IMG/VR virus record: IMGVR_UViG_3300032116_000094
Coordinates: 1 to 64,000 of that record
Length of the DNA stretch: 64,000 bases
Strand: one strand, 5' to 3'
From: a virus
Lineage: Duplodnaviria; Heunggongvirae; Uroviricota; Caudoviricetes
Program-made: the position numbers and the translations under genes
The notes under the pieces: generated by a model
The model's database searches: none
Seen by the model: only the letters and a program-made list of their open reading frames with translations
What the model was told of the DNA's origin: nothing
In this document: piece after piece, positions 55,785-64,000 of the stretch
How positions within the stretch are numbered: position 1 is the stretch's first letter
How the letters are laid out: every line of letters starts with the position of its first letter

Positions 55785-57080
55785 TTAAAGTGAACCGCCA
55801 TCTTCATAATATATATGATATCCAACTCTATTAATAACAGAATAACCTAAAGGCCCTTCACCATGTAAAATATATTGTTCTTCGCCGTCACTTCGAAGAA
55901 CATCCATAACCCAAGCATTTTTATCTACAAATCCAGCTATAAATTTGGAATCATAGCCCATTTCCTTTAAAAAGCTAACCGGGTCATCTTTTATACTATC
56001 CAACCAGTTAGAGACATAGTTCTCAATAGCCTCTTCAGAATAAGTTTTTTCCTCTTCAATTGATTCTATTTCAGACTCTATCTCGGTTAACCTATCTCTA
56101 AGTTCCTCTATTTCATCTTCATCTTCCAATTCACCAATTTTATACTCTATTGTTTCTGCTTCACTTCTTAATATGTCAATTTCATTCATCTGACTTTCAG
56201 TTAGTTCCATATCATCCTCATCTAAATAAGATTCCGGAGACTCTCTAACCCATTCATCTATGGTACCCTCAAAAGAATCTCTAACTTCATCACCGTCAAC
56301 ATAATAATCAAGATCCATATTTGACATATCCATATCATCATATAAGCTATTAATATTTTCTGTCGCATATTGTGTACATTCGTCATCAGTAAGTACTATG
56401 AATGTCTTATCATAGGCAGTAGTGTTCTCACCTTCAATCACAATATAATAGTCACGATTCGAACCATATCTAACTGGGAAGATAGAATATAATCCAAAAT
56501 TATTTTCGTGCAATTCATAAATCTCATTTTCAATTTCATCAATACGTTCTTTCAATTCTCCGTAAATAATGTTATCTTCACCAATACTTTCTAATCGACC
56601 TTGTAATTCTTCTAAATTAGTTTCTAAGGCTAATATCTTGTCTTGATATTCAGGGTCAATTATGTTCTCATCAACAAAATACTCATATAACGCATTAACT
56701 TTATTACTTTCTTCTGTATCATTTTCTATATTAAATAGACCTCTAACTTCATATAATTTCAGCTGTTCAAGACGGTCTTGCTTAATTTTACGTAATCTTT
56801 TACGCTCTAAAGGTGTATTTGAATCTGATGTATATCTACCAACCTTAATGTGACTGATGTTTGAAATATTGGTATTACTAATATTTAAGTAACCCTTAAC
56901 TTCAATAATACCTTCTAAGTTATCAATATTTGAACGACTTAAATCTAGACTGTCTGTTATTATAATATTTTTATTCCTTATCTTTGGTAACTTAAGCACT
57001 AATCTTGGATTACCCCCAGCAAATTTTAATAATTTACGATATTCTGCACTGGTTAATGATATAGTTTCTTTATCTTCCAT
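55785..57080 (-). CDS. Large acidic coiled-coil protein (431 aa)
   Basis: ORF. Long D/E-rich heptad-like central region. Confidence 0.55.
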   Translation of the reverse strand: MEDKETISLTSAEYRKLLKFAGGNPRLVLKLPKIRNKNIIITDSLDLSRSNIDNLEGIIEVKGYLNISNTNISNISHIKVGRYTSDSNTPLERKRLRKIKQDRLEQLKLYEVRGLFNIENDTEESNKVNALYEYFVDENIIDPEYQDKILALETNLEELQGRLESIGEDNIIYGELKERIDEIENEIYELHENNFGLYSIFPVRYGSNRDYYIVIEGENTTAYDKTFIVLTDDECTQYATENINSLYDDMDMSNMDLDYYVDGDEVRDSFEGTIDEWVRESPESYLDEDDMELTESQMNEIDILRSEAETIEYKIGELEDEDEIEELRDRLTEIESEIESIEEEKTYSEEAIENYVSNWLDSIKDDPVSFLKEMGYDSKFIAGFVDKNAWVMDVLRSDGEEQYILHGEGPLGYSVINRVGYHIYYEDGGSL

Positions 57081-57173
57081 CGAATTTTCAATTTAATCTT
57101 TTTTGCTCTATTTATATATTTATAAATATAAATATTATTGCAATAAATAAACTAACACTAAAACAAATTAAAT

Positions 57174-57326
57174 ATGGGATGCGGATGCAAAAACAAAGGC
57201 AATAATGCCGAACAACCAACAACTAACAGTACAACAACAAATACTCAACAGGCAACAAAGAGTGTAACAGAAAAGTTAAAAGAAGATATCCAACGTACTG
57301 TTAAAAAATACTATAACAATAGATAG
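57174..57326 (+). CDS. Small Cys-rich N-terminus ORF (50 aa), unlisted in ORF track
   Basis: ATG 57174, stop TAG 57324-57326. MGCGCKNKGNNAEQPTT... Followed directly by a strong terminator. Confidence 0.25.
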   Translation: MGCGCKNKGNNAEQPTTNSTTTNTQQATKSVTEKLKEDIQRTVKKYYNNR

Positions 57327-57334
57327 TATAAAAA

Positions 57335-57362
57335 AACCGCAATAATTGTTGCGGTTTTTTTT
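57335..57362. terminator. Bidirectional rho-independent terminator
   Basis: AACCGCAA-taattg-TTGCGGTT hairpin flanked by an A-run upstream and T8 downstream. Confidence 0.65.
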
Positions 57363-57417
57363 ATGTTATATTTATACTTATTTTTTTTTAATGTAAAATT
57401 ATAAAAAAATAATAATC

Positions 57418-58137
57418 ATGAGATTATCAAATAACATAACAAAACAAACTATCGTTAATTTATTGGCTGAATATATCTTAAATGAATTAGGCCCAGACAC
57501 AGCAACTCAGATAACAGTCATAGATCAAGGTAATTTTTTCGTCATATTAGGATGTACTAACACAAAAAAGAGTTTAAAACTCACAGAAATATTTATTCAA
57601 TTTACCGATAAGTATTCAGATTTAATATCTGAAGCTAACTATCCAAAAGAACTAAGTTTTGTAAATTTTATTCGGGCATCTAATGAAGACGATTTAGTAA
57701 CTTCTTGCGAAATAAATCTATACAATACTGAAAGGCCTTCAATCAACACAATTTGCGTACCTGCCGGTTTGATCCCCATTCATACTCCAGATCTTTTGTC
57801 CTCCCAATTCCCACATGGTTATGGGTTAAAAACTAACAGAGCATTATTATTATACTTTGAATATATTGCATATAATATAATGGACGGCACAAACACATCT
57901 GAGATGTGTATTTCTTTTCATAAAGAAAATGAATTCGAAGATAAATTACAGGTCAAGTCTGTATCTCTTAGAGACAATGAAAAAATAAAGTCCGCAATAC
58001 TAGATTTATTCGATCTAGATTACACTAAATTTATTAGTGAATATAATTCATATGATTTTACAGGCGAGGTATTAAACCCCATGATGGAGAAACCCTGGTT
58101 GAAAAAAGAAATTGATACTATTGATCTATTAATCTAG
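57418..58137 (+). CDS. Hypothetical protein (239 aa)
   Basis: ORF. Confidence 0.55.
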   Translation: MRLSNNITKQTIVNLLAEYILNELGPDTATQITVIDQGNFFVILGCTNTKKSLKLTEIFIQFTDKYSDLISEANYPKELSFVNFIRASNEDDLVTSCEINLYNTERPSINTICVPAGLIPIHTPDLLSSQFPHGYGLKTNRALLLYFEYIAYNIMDGTNTSEMCISFHKENEFEDKLQVKSVSLRDNEKIKSAILDLFDLDYTKFISEYNSYDFTGEVLNPMMEKPWLKKEIDTIDLLI

Positions 58138-58422
58138 TATCAATTTCTTTTTTATTATTTCTATCCCTTCATCTATACCATGATAATGTTGATCCGGAGC
58201 ATATAGTTCGCTATCAAGATTACCTTTTTCGTCTGTCTTTATTATCATAAAAGATGGCACATATTCGTTCCCACCCACAGCCTCAACGAATAATTCGAAT
58301 TCATCCGGATAAAGATCAATATCTCTATCGTGAAAAGAGATATTATTCTCTGTCAACATATCTTTCATCATCGTGCAGTATGGACACGATTTCATTGTAA
58401 ATAAAACTAGTTCTCCCCCCAT
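58129..58422 (-). CDS. Glutaredoxin
   Basis: ORF 97 aa. CPYC active site after a beta-strand start (LVLFTMKSCPYCTMMK). Confidence 0.8.
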   Translation of the reverse strand: MGGELVLFTMKSCPYCTMMKDMLTENNISFHDRDIDLYPDEFELFVEAVGGNEYVPSFMIIKTDEKGNLDSELYAPDQHYHGIDEGIEIIKKKLILD

Positions 58423-58730
58423 ATTGTCGCCATTTTAGTTATTTCTTCTTTAGACGTTATTCCTATTTTAGATTTTACTTCTTTACCTGAGTAAAATCCT
58501 TTAATTACCGGAACACTTCTTATACCCAAAGACATTGATAATTCTATATCAGTATCTACATCAAAAGTATACAATTTAGTTTCGTTACCCTCATTCTCAA
58601 GTTTTTCCATAACTTCCTCAAAAACAGGTTTAAGAACTTTACATGGCCCACACCATTGAGCATAAAACTCAACAAGGATTTTTTTATCTGAGTTTAGTAA
58701 CTCTTTTAACTTATCAGGACTAATATCCAT
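58407..58730 (-). CDS. Thioredoxin
   Basis: ORF 107 aa. WCGPC active site (FYAQWCGPCKVLKP). 16-nt overlap with glutaredoxin gene. Confidence 0.85.
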   Translation of the reverse strand: MDISPDKLKELLNSDKKILVEFYAQWCGPCKVLKPVFEEVMEKLENEGNETKLYTFDVDTDIELSMSLGIRSVPVIKGFYSGKEVKSKIGITSKEEITKMATIWGEN

Positions 58731-59118
58731 AATTTTTACTTTTATTTAGTTTATTTATCAGAATTTTTACAAATTCTAAATTTTCTTGCTGAAATATTAT
58801 TGTTAACGAATACCAAGAATTTTCATCCGAATTCCAATCTTTACCCATACTAGGGTTTGCCGGTACTCTACTCAAATATAAATATATATTTTTACCAAAT
58901 TCTAAAATATATTCATAGCCAACGATTTTAGAGTCATTATCCGAACTTTGCTGATATTGAGCTACAACTATTTTAAATTTATCTAATTCAAATATAGATT
59001 TGTTAAACGTACCATTTATCGTAATGGTTGAATAGTCGTATTTCGACTCTTTATTTATTTTTTTTAAAAATTTTTTCAAAAAACTCATAATGAAAAATTT
59101 GGGAGGATATTTTTGCAT
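58720..59118 (-). CDS. Hypothetical protein (132 aa)
   Basis: ORF. 11-nt overlap with thioredoxin gene (operon-like). Confidence 0.5.
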   Translation of the reverse strand: MQKYPPKFFIMSFLKKFLKKINKESKYDYSTITINGTFNKSIFELDKFKIVVAQYQQSSDNDSKIVGYEYILEFGKNIYLYLSRVPANPSMGKDWNSDENSWYSLTIIFQQENLEFVKILINKLNKSKNYGY

Positions 59119-59151
59119 ATCCCCCCATTTAAGCGGTTAACTTACAGTTTA

Positions 59152-59919
59152 TTATTGAAGATATTCTTCAGCCATCTTCCAAAGACCTGTATTAATATTG
59201 TTGATGAGTTTAATGTCTGTCAAAAATCGAACAGAAGTACGTCTCTGAGTTCCGGTGGAATATGTGATACCTCCGCGTACAAAGTTTTCCTGAAGTGTAT
59301 TAAATGTGTTCCAGAGATTAGGAACAACATCTTCATTCCTATTGGGCTTTACAAGTCTTTCAGGTGAAAGATTTTCAGGAATCCTTTCTTCTGGCCACCT
59401 TAGACTCATTGCTTTTCTAGCAAATTCATGTCGTTCATCATCAGTCATAATCCTTGACATCATTTCTTTGACATTTCCCTCAATCATTGGTAGCATTTCA
59501 GCGAAATTATCTGTAAGTTTTCGAACTTCAGATACATCGAAGTACTTGTGCTTCAAAGTAATTGTACCACTAAGTGATGTGGGCACTGTCAGACCATTAG
59601 AACAAGCCAGGCGGAAAAGACCAGCTTTAACTGAAAGAATGTTGCTACCATCATGTGAGTTAGATATTACAGCCTCAAACAGGCTATCACCAACAACTTT
59701 TGGAACACTTCCGTTCCTGAGCCTAATCTCATGCCTAGAATATTGGCCCCTACCAGTTTGTTTTGCACTAAAGATGTCCCATCCCTCAGCACTAAACTTC
59801 TCAAGAATATCTATTGTTGGGACGAAAACATACTTGCTCGAAAGCTTTGGCGATGGTGAGGTTGTGAAAATAGACGGAACGTTAGTTCTGAGTGTTTCAA
59901 ATTCAATTGGTGCTGCCAT
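59152..59919 (-). CDS. DUF932-like (phage/plasmid-like) protein; GC-richer than neighbours
   Basis: ORF 255 aa. ..AVISNSHDGSNILSVKAGLFRLACSNGL.. resembles the conserved core recalled for DUF932/TIGR03299 proteins. TAtcTTTG at ~59944-59951. Composition visibly less AT-rich. Confidence 0.4.
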   Translation of the reverse strand: MAAPIEFETLRTNVPSIFTTSPSPKLSSKYVFVPTIDILEKFSAEGWDIFSAKQTGRGQYSRHEIRLRNGSVPKVVGDSLFEAVISNSHDGSNILSVKAGLFRLACSNGLTVPTSLSGTITLKHKYFDVSEVRKLTDNFAEMLPMIEGNVKEMMSRIMTDDERHEFARKAMSLRWPEERIPENLSPERLVKPNRNEDVVPNLWNTFNTLQENFVRGGITYSTGTQRRTSVRFLTDIKLINNINTGLWKMAEEYLQ

Positions 59920-59978
59920 GTGTCGTTGTTTTTTAATTGTGCTGCAAAGATACGATAATCGTATTCACAATTGCAAAT

Positions 59979-60260
59979 TTAATTTGAAGAAAAATTAAAG
60001 TTTTTTCCTGAGACCGAAAATTTAACAATTTTAAAGCTATCAGGCGGATTTTCAAACCTAACATTAGATATTGACTCTAATTGTTTAATAGTTAACGTTG
60101 GATCACCGTTATTATTATAATTTTTGTTTGCGATTTCACGAACTTTATCAAAAAATATTTCGTGCTCCATATCGCCAACTATTTTCTCAAATAACTCTAA
60201 ATTTTTTTCAAAAAAGTTTTTAACCCCAGATAAGTATATATCGACCTCAATTTTACTCAT
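59979..60260 (-). CDS. Hypothetical protein (93 aa)
   Basis: ORF. Confidence 0.45.
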   Translation of the reverse strand: MSKIEVDIYLSGVKNFFEKNLELFEKIVGDMEHEIFFDKVREIANKNYNNNGDPTLTIKQLESISNVRFENPPDSFKIVKFSVSGKNFNFSSN

Positions 60261-60444
60261 ATTATTATTCTCAATTTACTTTAATATAACAATTAAATAT
60301 ATTTAATGTTATATGAAAACTAAAGGATGTACAAGCTGTAAAGAAAAAAACTACAACTCTAATTTTGGTGAAATAGCTTTAGCTATATACTTAGCCGGAA
60401 CAATTATCTTAGGAAATATAGTGATAATTAAGTATATTATTAAC

Positions 60445-60957
60445 TTAATTAAGTAGCATATAAAATCCAAGACTACCACCATTTCGATTAATATCCGATA
60501 GTGATGTAACATACATTCCTTTAACAAAGAATTTTTCACTAAAGTTAGAATATATTACCACTTTATAGTCACCATCATAAAGTCTAAAATTTCTATAATT
60601 CTGATAACCTATGGCCAGTTTACAAAAATTAGCGTTTAGTCCAACTTCAAAATCGCTGGCAGTACCTATTAGTCCTCTAATAAATAGGTTTTCCCTGGTA
60701 TATTCAACGCCAACTAGAGTACTAAAAATTCTCCAACGATCCGATTCAACATTGTTTTTTAGAACTAGATCTACATTTGAATTACATTCAACTATTGGCT
60801 TGAAATATTCAAATTTATTTTCAAATTCAGCTCTAAAGGTGAAATTTGCGGTAGGAACTCTAGGACCGATTCCGCCGGTGAAACAAACATATTTATTAGA
60901 TTGTGAATAACCAAAAATTGGTAAAAAAATTAGAAATACTTTAAAAAAAATTTTCAT
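60445..60957 (-). CDS. Secreted/outer-membrane beta-barrel-like protein
   Basis: ORF 60445..60990 trimmed to MKIFFKVFLIFLPIFGYSQS (Bacteroidetes-style signal peptide). Alternating hydrophobic pattern. Confidence 0.45.
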   Translation of the reverse strand: MKIFFKVFLIFLPIFGYSQSNKYVCFTGGIGPRVPTANFTFRAEFENKFEYFKPIVECNSNVDLVLKNNVESDRWRIFSTLVGVEYTRENLFIRGLIGTASDFEVGLNANFCKLAIGYQNYRNFRLYDGDYKVVIYSNFSEKFFVKGMYVTSLSDINRNGGSLGFYMLLN

Positions 60958-61026
60958 GCTTTTATATTGTGTTTTATGTGTAAATGACATTTTTTTTAAT
61001 TTTTAACAACACAAAAAATATTATAT

Positions 61027-61671
61027 ATGGATAAAAAATACTCTGTAGTTGTTTTTAAAAACAAAAAACTAAGAAAAATATTAAAAAGGTTTAAGACTAA
61101 AGATGGTGCGAATAAATTTTATGAAAAGAAACTATCTGATAGCAATTCTATTATTTTTGATAAAAAAATAGAAAATGGAAGAGCGGTTTATTTTGAATTG
61201 GCATTAATTTCAAATGAAAAAAGTGATGACATTATATATAAATCAGATGACTTAGGTCGAAATATTCCTGTCATATCTGAAAATGACAATTTTTCTATAA
61301 AAAAAATTGCTGACTTTAAATTAATTGAAAAAATCCAAAAAATAAATAGCCAGGAAAAATTAACTCTAGTCCAAATTGTTAATTCATACCTCAAAGGTAA
61401 TTCAATTAAATTAATTTCCAAACTAAATAATAAAATTATTATCCAGGATGATGATTCTTTTATTCTATTTAGCTGTAAATCAAATGATGATGCTGATCGT
61501 TTTATTTCTACACTTGAAGATTACTTACTAAATACCAATAAAAAAAATGCAATACTAGTACGAGATACTGATATTGCACAAAAAAAATATTTGTATGATA
61601 TGTTTGAAAAACTAGGATATAGTAGAGATATGTTGTATAGAGTATCAACTACTCATTTAAAACAAAAATGA
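61027..61671 (+). CDS. Hypothetical protein (214 aa)
   Basis: ORF. Confidence 0.55.
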   Translation: MDKKYSVVVFKNKKLRKILKRFKTKDGANKFYEKKLSDSNSIIFDKKIENGRAVYFELALISNEKSDDIIYKSDDLGRNIPVISENDNFSIKKIADFKLIEKIQKINSQEKLTLVQIVNSYLKGNSIKLISKLNNKIIIQDDDSFILFSCKSNDDADRFISTLEDYLLNTNKKNAILVRDTDIAQKKYLYDMFEKLGYSRDMLYRVSTTHLKQK

Positions 61672-61873
61672 ATTCAATGTTAGATATAACAATTTTAAAC
61701 ATTTTATCTTCATTACCAATAACATTGGTAAGTTCATTAATAGTTGAATTAAAATCATCCTTTGACACTTCAAAAACAACTGTTTTATTACCGGTATATA
61801 GCTGATCCAGTCCTTCTGAGATTAAAGCTAATTTACCTAAAATCCCATCAAAACTTTTTTTATCTTTGTCCAT
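61649..61873 (-). CDS. Hypothetical protein (74 aa)
   Basis: ORF. Confidence 0.35.
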   Translation of the reverse strand: MDKDKKSFDGILGKLALISEGLDQLYTGNKTVVFEVSKDDFNSTINELTNVIGNEDKMFKIVISNIEFIFVLNE

Positions 61874-62025
61874 AAGGTATGTTGTTTAGGTTCTTCGTCC
61901 AAAATTTGTGATTTCTTCAATCCAGCCAAAGATTTTGCAAATTCTTGCTTTTCTTTTTCAAGCTCGGCTTGGTCTTTTTGTTTTTCACTGTTCAGCCAGT
62001 TCTGTAGTTTCTGTAATCTGCTCAT
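61837..62025 (-). CDS. Hypothetical small protein (62 aa)
   Basis: ORF. K/E-rich. Confidence 0.3.
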   Translation of the reverse strand: MSRLQKLQNWLNSEKQKDQAELEKEKQEFAKSLAGLKKSQILDEEPKQHTLWTKIKKVLMGF

Positions 62026-62410
62026 TGTTTATTTTTGTAGTATCTTTCTTTATATCAAAAGTTAGATTGTATAAATCGCTTATTGGGTATTTACTGAAAA
62101 AGGTATCCAGCTCATTTTTTTTCTGCACCAATAACAATTCTTTTGCTTCATTTTCCTTATTATATTGAATAAGACCTTTAATATTGTCAAATTGTGATTC
62201 CATTGATAAATCATTTAATTCACAAAAAAAAGAAAAAGTCCTGTAGCCTTCAGAAATTTGTTTCTGTTCTGCAACTGTTTCTTTGTCAACAAATTTCTTA
62301 ATGAGTTTCCATTTTTCCGGGAAAGAGACATCTATGCTCAAAAACTTATCCAATTTCCTTATAGAAATTAAATAAGGTAAAATTTGCTCTAAATTTTCAT
62401 ATAATTTCAT
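61985..62410 (-). CDS. Hypothetical protein (141 aa)
   Basis: ORF. Confidence 0.5.
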   Translation of the reverse strand: MKLYENLEQILPYLISIRKLDKFLSIDVSFPEKWKLIKKFVDKETVAEQKQISEGYRTFSFFCELNDLSMESQFDNIKGLIQYNKENEAKELLLVQKKNELDTFFSKYPISDLYNLTFDIKKDTTKINNEQITETTELAEQ

Positions 62411-62584
62411 TGCTAGTAAATAACGTAGGTTATTATGTATGATAACATCATACCATAGAAAATTAATTCTGTGTTTGTTAACTTAACATGTTTCGCCGGT
62501 GTACTAAGTATTGAAAATATAATGATAGCAAACAATCTTATAATTGCCAATATCGAAAAAACAAGTATGTAAAACAAACAAAGA

Positions 62585-62767
62585 TTAATCATTTTTATTC
62601 TTTCTTTCTTCTAAGATTGTTTTTCTTAATGCTAACATATCTTCCTTAATTTCAAGGGCAAGCTTCCTAGCTCTGGTTCCAGCACTATCATTACCTTGAC
62701 TAAACTTACGAAGTTCCATTGATATAGTCTCAGTTTTAGCTTTTAATTCATTAATAAATTTTTCCAT
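62585..62767 (-). CDS. Hypothetical small protein (60 aa)
   Basis: ORF. Confidence 0.35.
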   Translation of the reverse strand: MEKFINELKAKTETISMELRKFSQGNDSAGTRARKLALEIKEDMLALRKTILEERKNKND

Positions 62768-62804
62768 AATTAATTCTATTTAAATTTATGTTTATTGTAA
62801 AGAT

Positions 62805-63251
62805 TTATCTTATAATATTTTTGTCCAACAATTTATAAAATCTCAAACATAAGTCTAATTCATATTTGGTATGAGGCTTGTAGTGATCAAAAATGCCTGA
62901 GAAATACCGAATTATTTCATTTTTTAACTTGGCTTCATCATGAGAATAATAAATCTCTAAGAAAAGAGTTTTAAAATATTCATAATGCTCACCTTCTTCT
63001 CTGAAATAGATGTTTTCTTTCTTAAAATTTTGAATGGTATTGTTCCAGCACCATTTAAAATGGTTAATGTTATCGTTTAATGATGTCGTGATCCTTGTCT
63101 CAACAGGAACAGAGGTTCCTCCAAGATATGTTTTTTTTATTAGATTAGTAAGAGAGATTAAAAAATCTAAAAAAAGTTCACTTTTTTCTGGTATTAAGTT
63201 ATTAACGCTTAACCAGGTTTCGATATCTTCTTTAGTTATGTTTTTCGCCAT
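62805..63251 (-). CDS. Hypothetical protein (148 aa)
   Basis: ORF. Confidence 0.5.
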   Translation of the reverse strand: MAKNITKEDIETWLSVNNLIPEKSELFLDFLISLTNLIKKTYLGGTSVPVETRITTSLNDNINHFKWCWNNTIQNFKKENIYFREEGEHYEYFKTLFLEIYYSHDEAKLKNEIIRYFSGIFDHYKPHTKYELDLCLRFYKLLDKNIIR

Positions 63252-63317
63252 TTAAAAAAAAATTCCATAGATAAGTCTATGGAATTAATATAATAAAAAA
63301 AATAATTAAATTAAATA

Positions 63318-63998
63318 CTATTGTGTTGGTTTTGTGTAATTTGTTAAAACATTAATTCTATTGAACTCTTCATGTAATATTGTCTTTTCAGACTCATTTT
63401 TAGATTCTAACTTAGCTAATATATCCTGAGATGTCTTTTTAGTTTTAGCTTTACCTAAAGCACCCTTAGGCCCTAATTTACTACCAGCATAATCTATAGG
63501 TGTAGGATATCTTTTATATGACGCATTTTTTTGTTCCTGGCCGTAATAGTTGTTTTTATAATTTTTCATCATTCTCTCACCCAATTCACTTTCAACCGCA
63601 TTTGCATATTTTTGAGAATTACCTGATTTAGCATCACCTTTTAAATATCTCGCTATTCTCTCATCATCAAAATGTATTTCATCTGGTATTAAATTTGTCA
63701 TACCAGGATGTGAAAATGCGTCAACATATTCATCAACAGCATCTGAAGGGATATAGGCTTTCTTATCCATTTTAGCTAATTCACCATTACCCTTTGGAAA
63801 TCCTTTAGGGTTTGGATCAAATTTACCTTTAGATCCATCTTTAAGGTACTCATTCATTTTTTTAGCAACATCCTTAATAGCCTGGTTGTTTTCCTGCTTA
63901 GATTTTTTTAAAACTTTCTCTGTCTCAGCTAAACCTTTTGCTTTTTTTTGCTCAGAAACAATATTATATATCAAAAATCTAAGTTCAGATTCTGTCAT
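63318..63998 (-). CDS. Hypothetical protein (226 aa) with RLTE-module-like N-terminus
   Basis: ORF. N-term MTESELRFLIYNIVSEQKK. Start ATG at 63998, just inside the window. Confidence 0.5.
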   Translation of the reverse strand: MTESELRFLIYNIVSEQKKAKGLAETEKVLKKSKQENNQAIKDVAKKMNEYLKDGSKGKFDPNPKGFPKGNGELAKMDKKAYIPSDAVDEYVDAFSHPGMTNLIPDEIHFDDERIARYLKGDAKSGNSQKYANAVESELGERMMKNYKNNYYGQEQKNASYKRYPTPIDYAGSKLGPKGALGKAKTKKTSQDILAKLESKNESEKTILHEEFNRINVLTNYTKPTQ

Positions 63999-64000
63999 TT

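Noticed and set aside
59306-59998. 230-aa plus-strand ORF 59306..59998
   Set aside because: It is antisense to the better-supported DUF932-like gene. It is open only because that gene is GC-richer. The product is low-complexity S/L-rich.
1-64000. Eukaryotic giant-virus (Mimiviridae-like) origin, suggested by AT-richness, paralog arrays and an intron-like tRNA insertion
   Set aside because: Upstream motifs match the Bacteroidetes TTTG/TAnnTTTG promoter and not the AAAATTGA-type giant-virus promoter. Signal peptides are Bacteroidetes-style. PG-degrading enzymes and the DUF3310/DUF932-like genes point to a bacterial phage context. It is kept as a low-probability alternative.

Overview
Overview: the window is a 64-kb, strongly AT-rich segment, gene-dense on both strands, where every confident element looks bacterial or phage-like. 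Many minus-strand genes are preceded by the Bacteroidetes-type promoter signature (-33 TTTG, ~19-21 nt, -7 TAnnTTTG, seen as TAtcTTTG or TAccTTTG), with short or leaderless 5' UTRs. Together with SQ/AQA-type signal peptides, this points to a Bacteroidetes chromosome region or, more likely, a large phage or prophage that uses the host sigma factor. Three lineage-specific tandem paralog arrays fill over 40% of the window: (A) 1-13125 (+), at least 39 units of a ~105-aa K/Y-rich protein, continuing upstream of the window; (B) 35743-45127 (-), 10 units of a ~300-aa protein; (C) 27937-34433 (+), 8 units of a ~160-190-aa protein in two subfamilies, interrupted by a few minus-strand genes. Recognisable functions are phage-like or auxiliary: ThyX, NUDIX, thioredoxin plus glutaredoxin, metallophosphoesterase, an SLT lytic transglycosylase, an M15-type peptidase, DUF3310-, DUF192- and DUF932-like proteins, an SPFH/band-7 protein, a truncated class-II aaRS (AsnA-like) core and a fucosyltransferase-like glycosyltransferase. 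RNA features are a tRNA-Met(CAT); a class-II tRNA (Ser-TGA-like) carrying a ~33-nt insertion in the anticodon loop; a second tRNA with the same 5' half; a tRNA T-arm-like fragment inside a structured 5' leader; and an ORF-free, GC-elevated ~0.85-kb block next to tRNA-Met. The most unusual signal is inside array A. In the first ~28 units a unique GC-rich 30-50-nt hairpin-bearing segment, which encodes the hypervariable C-terminal tail, is bracketed by a duplicated 24-34-nt direct repeat (GTTGAAGATACCTTTCAAATAAAA...). Stop codons follow in all three frames. One unit carries repeat-spacer-repeat-spacer-repeat with an exact 34-nt repeat and unrelated 31- and 32-nt spacers. The geometry is CRISPR-like or cassette-like, no cas genes are present, and it sits inside a protein-coding paralog array (conserved ~90-aa body plus swappable tail, also reminiscent of RiPP precursor arrays). 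No homologue of family A, B or C was recognised.
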